Below the pieces are notes generated by a model. It saw only the letters and a program-made list of their open reading frames with translations, was not told the origin of the DNA and searched no databases. A stretch of 44,461 nucleotides of DNA from the IMG/VR virus record IMGVR_UViG_3300017653_000005, positions 1 to 44,461 of that record. One strand, 5' to 3'. The translations under genes and the position numbers were made by a program. This document shows positions 43,759 to 44,461 of this stretch, in pieces. The DNA is from a virus. Lineage: Duplodnaviria > Caudoviricetes. Each line of letters begins with the position of its first letter. Within the stretch, counting starts at the first letter, position 1.

Positions 43759-44199
43759 TTAGACGGTAGTCTGACTGTCTTGATCGAGATTATGCACGCG
43801 CGCGGCGTACTGTGCAACAAAATCTTCGAAGTTACCGACAGCGCGCACCAAAATGTCGTCGTACTCACGCGGCCGGATATTCAAGCCCCGACAGGTCATT
43901 TTCCAGTAGGCATGTCCTACGTAGTGGGCTCGCAACAGCTCGCGGTGCAGATGGAGTACGCGATAAACCGAATTTCTCCATGCAGCCTCCAGAAAATCTG
44001 CATCGGACTCATCCCACTCGTCCCAAGGATCCTCTTCCAAGTTCCGCGTCTGTCCGGCACGCCGCGCGAGATCCTTGCAAACCTGATAGGTCGGAGAAAC
44101 GCTACGCCGCCGGCGGTCTCGCATGACTTCGCCCCAATTCTCGAGGCGGGAATGGAAGTCGGCCGGCAGACGGTCCAGCAGCATTTTGGGTGTCGTCAT
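43759..44199 (-). CDS. Q-like late antiterminator
   Basis: RLENWG motif and C-terminal HTH-like region; last early gene before the late promoter and terminator. Confidence 0.7.
   Translation of the reverse strand: MTTPKMLLDRLPADFHSRLENWGEVMRDRRRRSVSPTYQVCKDLARRAGQTRNLEEDPWDEWDESDADFLEAAWRNSVYRVLHLHRELLRAHYVGHAYWKMTCRGLNIRPREYDDILVRAVGNFEDFVAQYAARVHNLDQDSQTTV
43789..43817 (-). promoter_or_regulatory. pR'-like late promoter
   Basis: TTGCAC-17-CATAAT inside the 3' end of Q, about 100 nt ahead of the terminator. Confidence 0.7.
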
Positions 44200-44402
44200 T
44201 CGCTACGTCGCTCCTCGAAAAGTCGGCACCGCTGGCCTACCTGCATGCCATGACCGCAGGCCAGAATGCGGCGCCCGTCGAATTCGCTCTTGATCAAGCG
44301 GATATGCGCGCAGCCAGCGCAACTGCGCACAGGCGGCGGCTCCTGGCGGCGCTCCAGCACCTTGGCCGGGTCACCTCGATCGGATTGGCGGGCCCATGTC
44401 AT
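44196..44402 (-). CDS. Small Cys-rich protein
   Basis: GDPAKVLERRQ...CAGC...C...C; ATGA-coupled on both sides. Confidence 0.7.
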   Translation of the reverse strand: MTWARQSDRGDPAKVLERRQEPPPVRSCAGCAHIRLIKSEFDGRRILACGHGMQVGQRCRLFEERRSE

Positions 44403-44461
44403 GCTGCGCGCTCCTGGGCCATTCGGTGCTGGGCCGTGAGTGCGACACCGAGAGCTGCCCA
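44399..44461 (-). CDS. C-terminal end of the RuvC-like gene (continuation of 1-526)
   Basis: WAALGVALTAQHRMAQERAA-stop; the stop overlaps the next ATG. Confidence 0.65.
   Translation of the reverse strand, partial: WAALGVALTAQHRMAQERAA

Larger units (their letters stand above)
1..44461. mobile_element. Near-complete temperate phage genome (lambdoid regulation, contractile tail), circularly permuted, excised (attP) configuration
   Basis: Full set of modules: replication, immunity, recombination, int/xis plus attP, lysis, tail, head, terminase, Q. No recognisable host genes. The same gene appears to continue across both window ends. Confidence 0.95.

Overview
The window is essentially one whole, circularly permuted temperate phage genome of about 44.5 kb. 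It is GC-rich and its gene content suggests a Betaproteobacteria host of Bordetella/Achromobacter type (inferred). It has lambdoid regulation (cI/cro/cII, matching OR and OL operators, a pRE-like promoter, Q with pR'/tR') and a contractile-tail (myovirus) virion module of the DUF2213 protease / DUF2184 capsid / DUF3383 sheath type. Integrase and excisionase sit next to an intact attP whose core is the 3' half of a tRNA-Met(CAT), so the sequence represents the excised form. A RuvC-like gene is split across the two window ends. The most striking observation is a pair of full-length paralogous Cys-His-Asp (transglutaminase/papain-like) proteins flanking the lysis cassette. One lacks a signal peptide and is translationally coupled to the tail fibre; the other carries a twin-arginine-like export signal. 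They recall the periplasmic O-antigen deamidase WbmE of Bordetella bronchiseptica and suggest a matched virion receptor-editing / lysogen receptor-masking system. Other accessory items: an ABC-ATPase-TOPRIM (OLD-like) defence candidate and a lipoprotein in the rexAB position, antisense genes nested in coupled bridge ORFs, a LexA-box gene beside SRAP, two HNH insertions with visible scars, and a structured late leader. All family assignments come from motif recognition by eye; no database searches were run.
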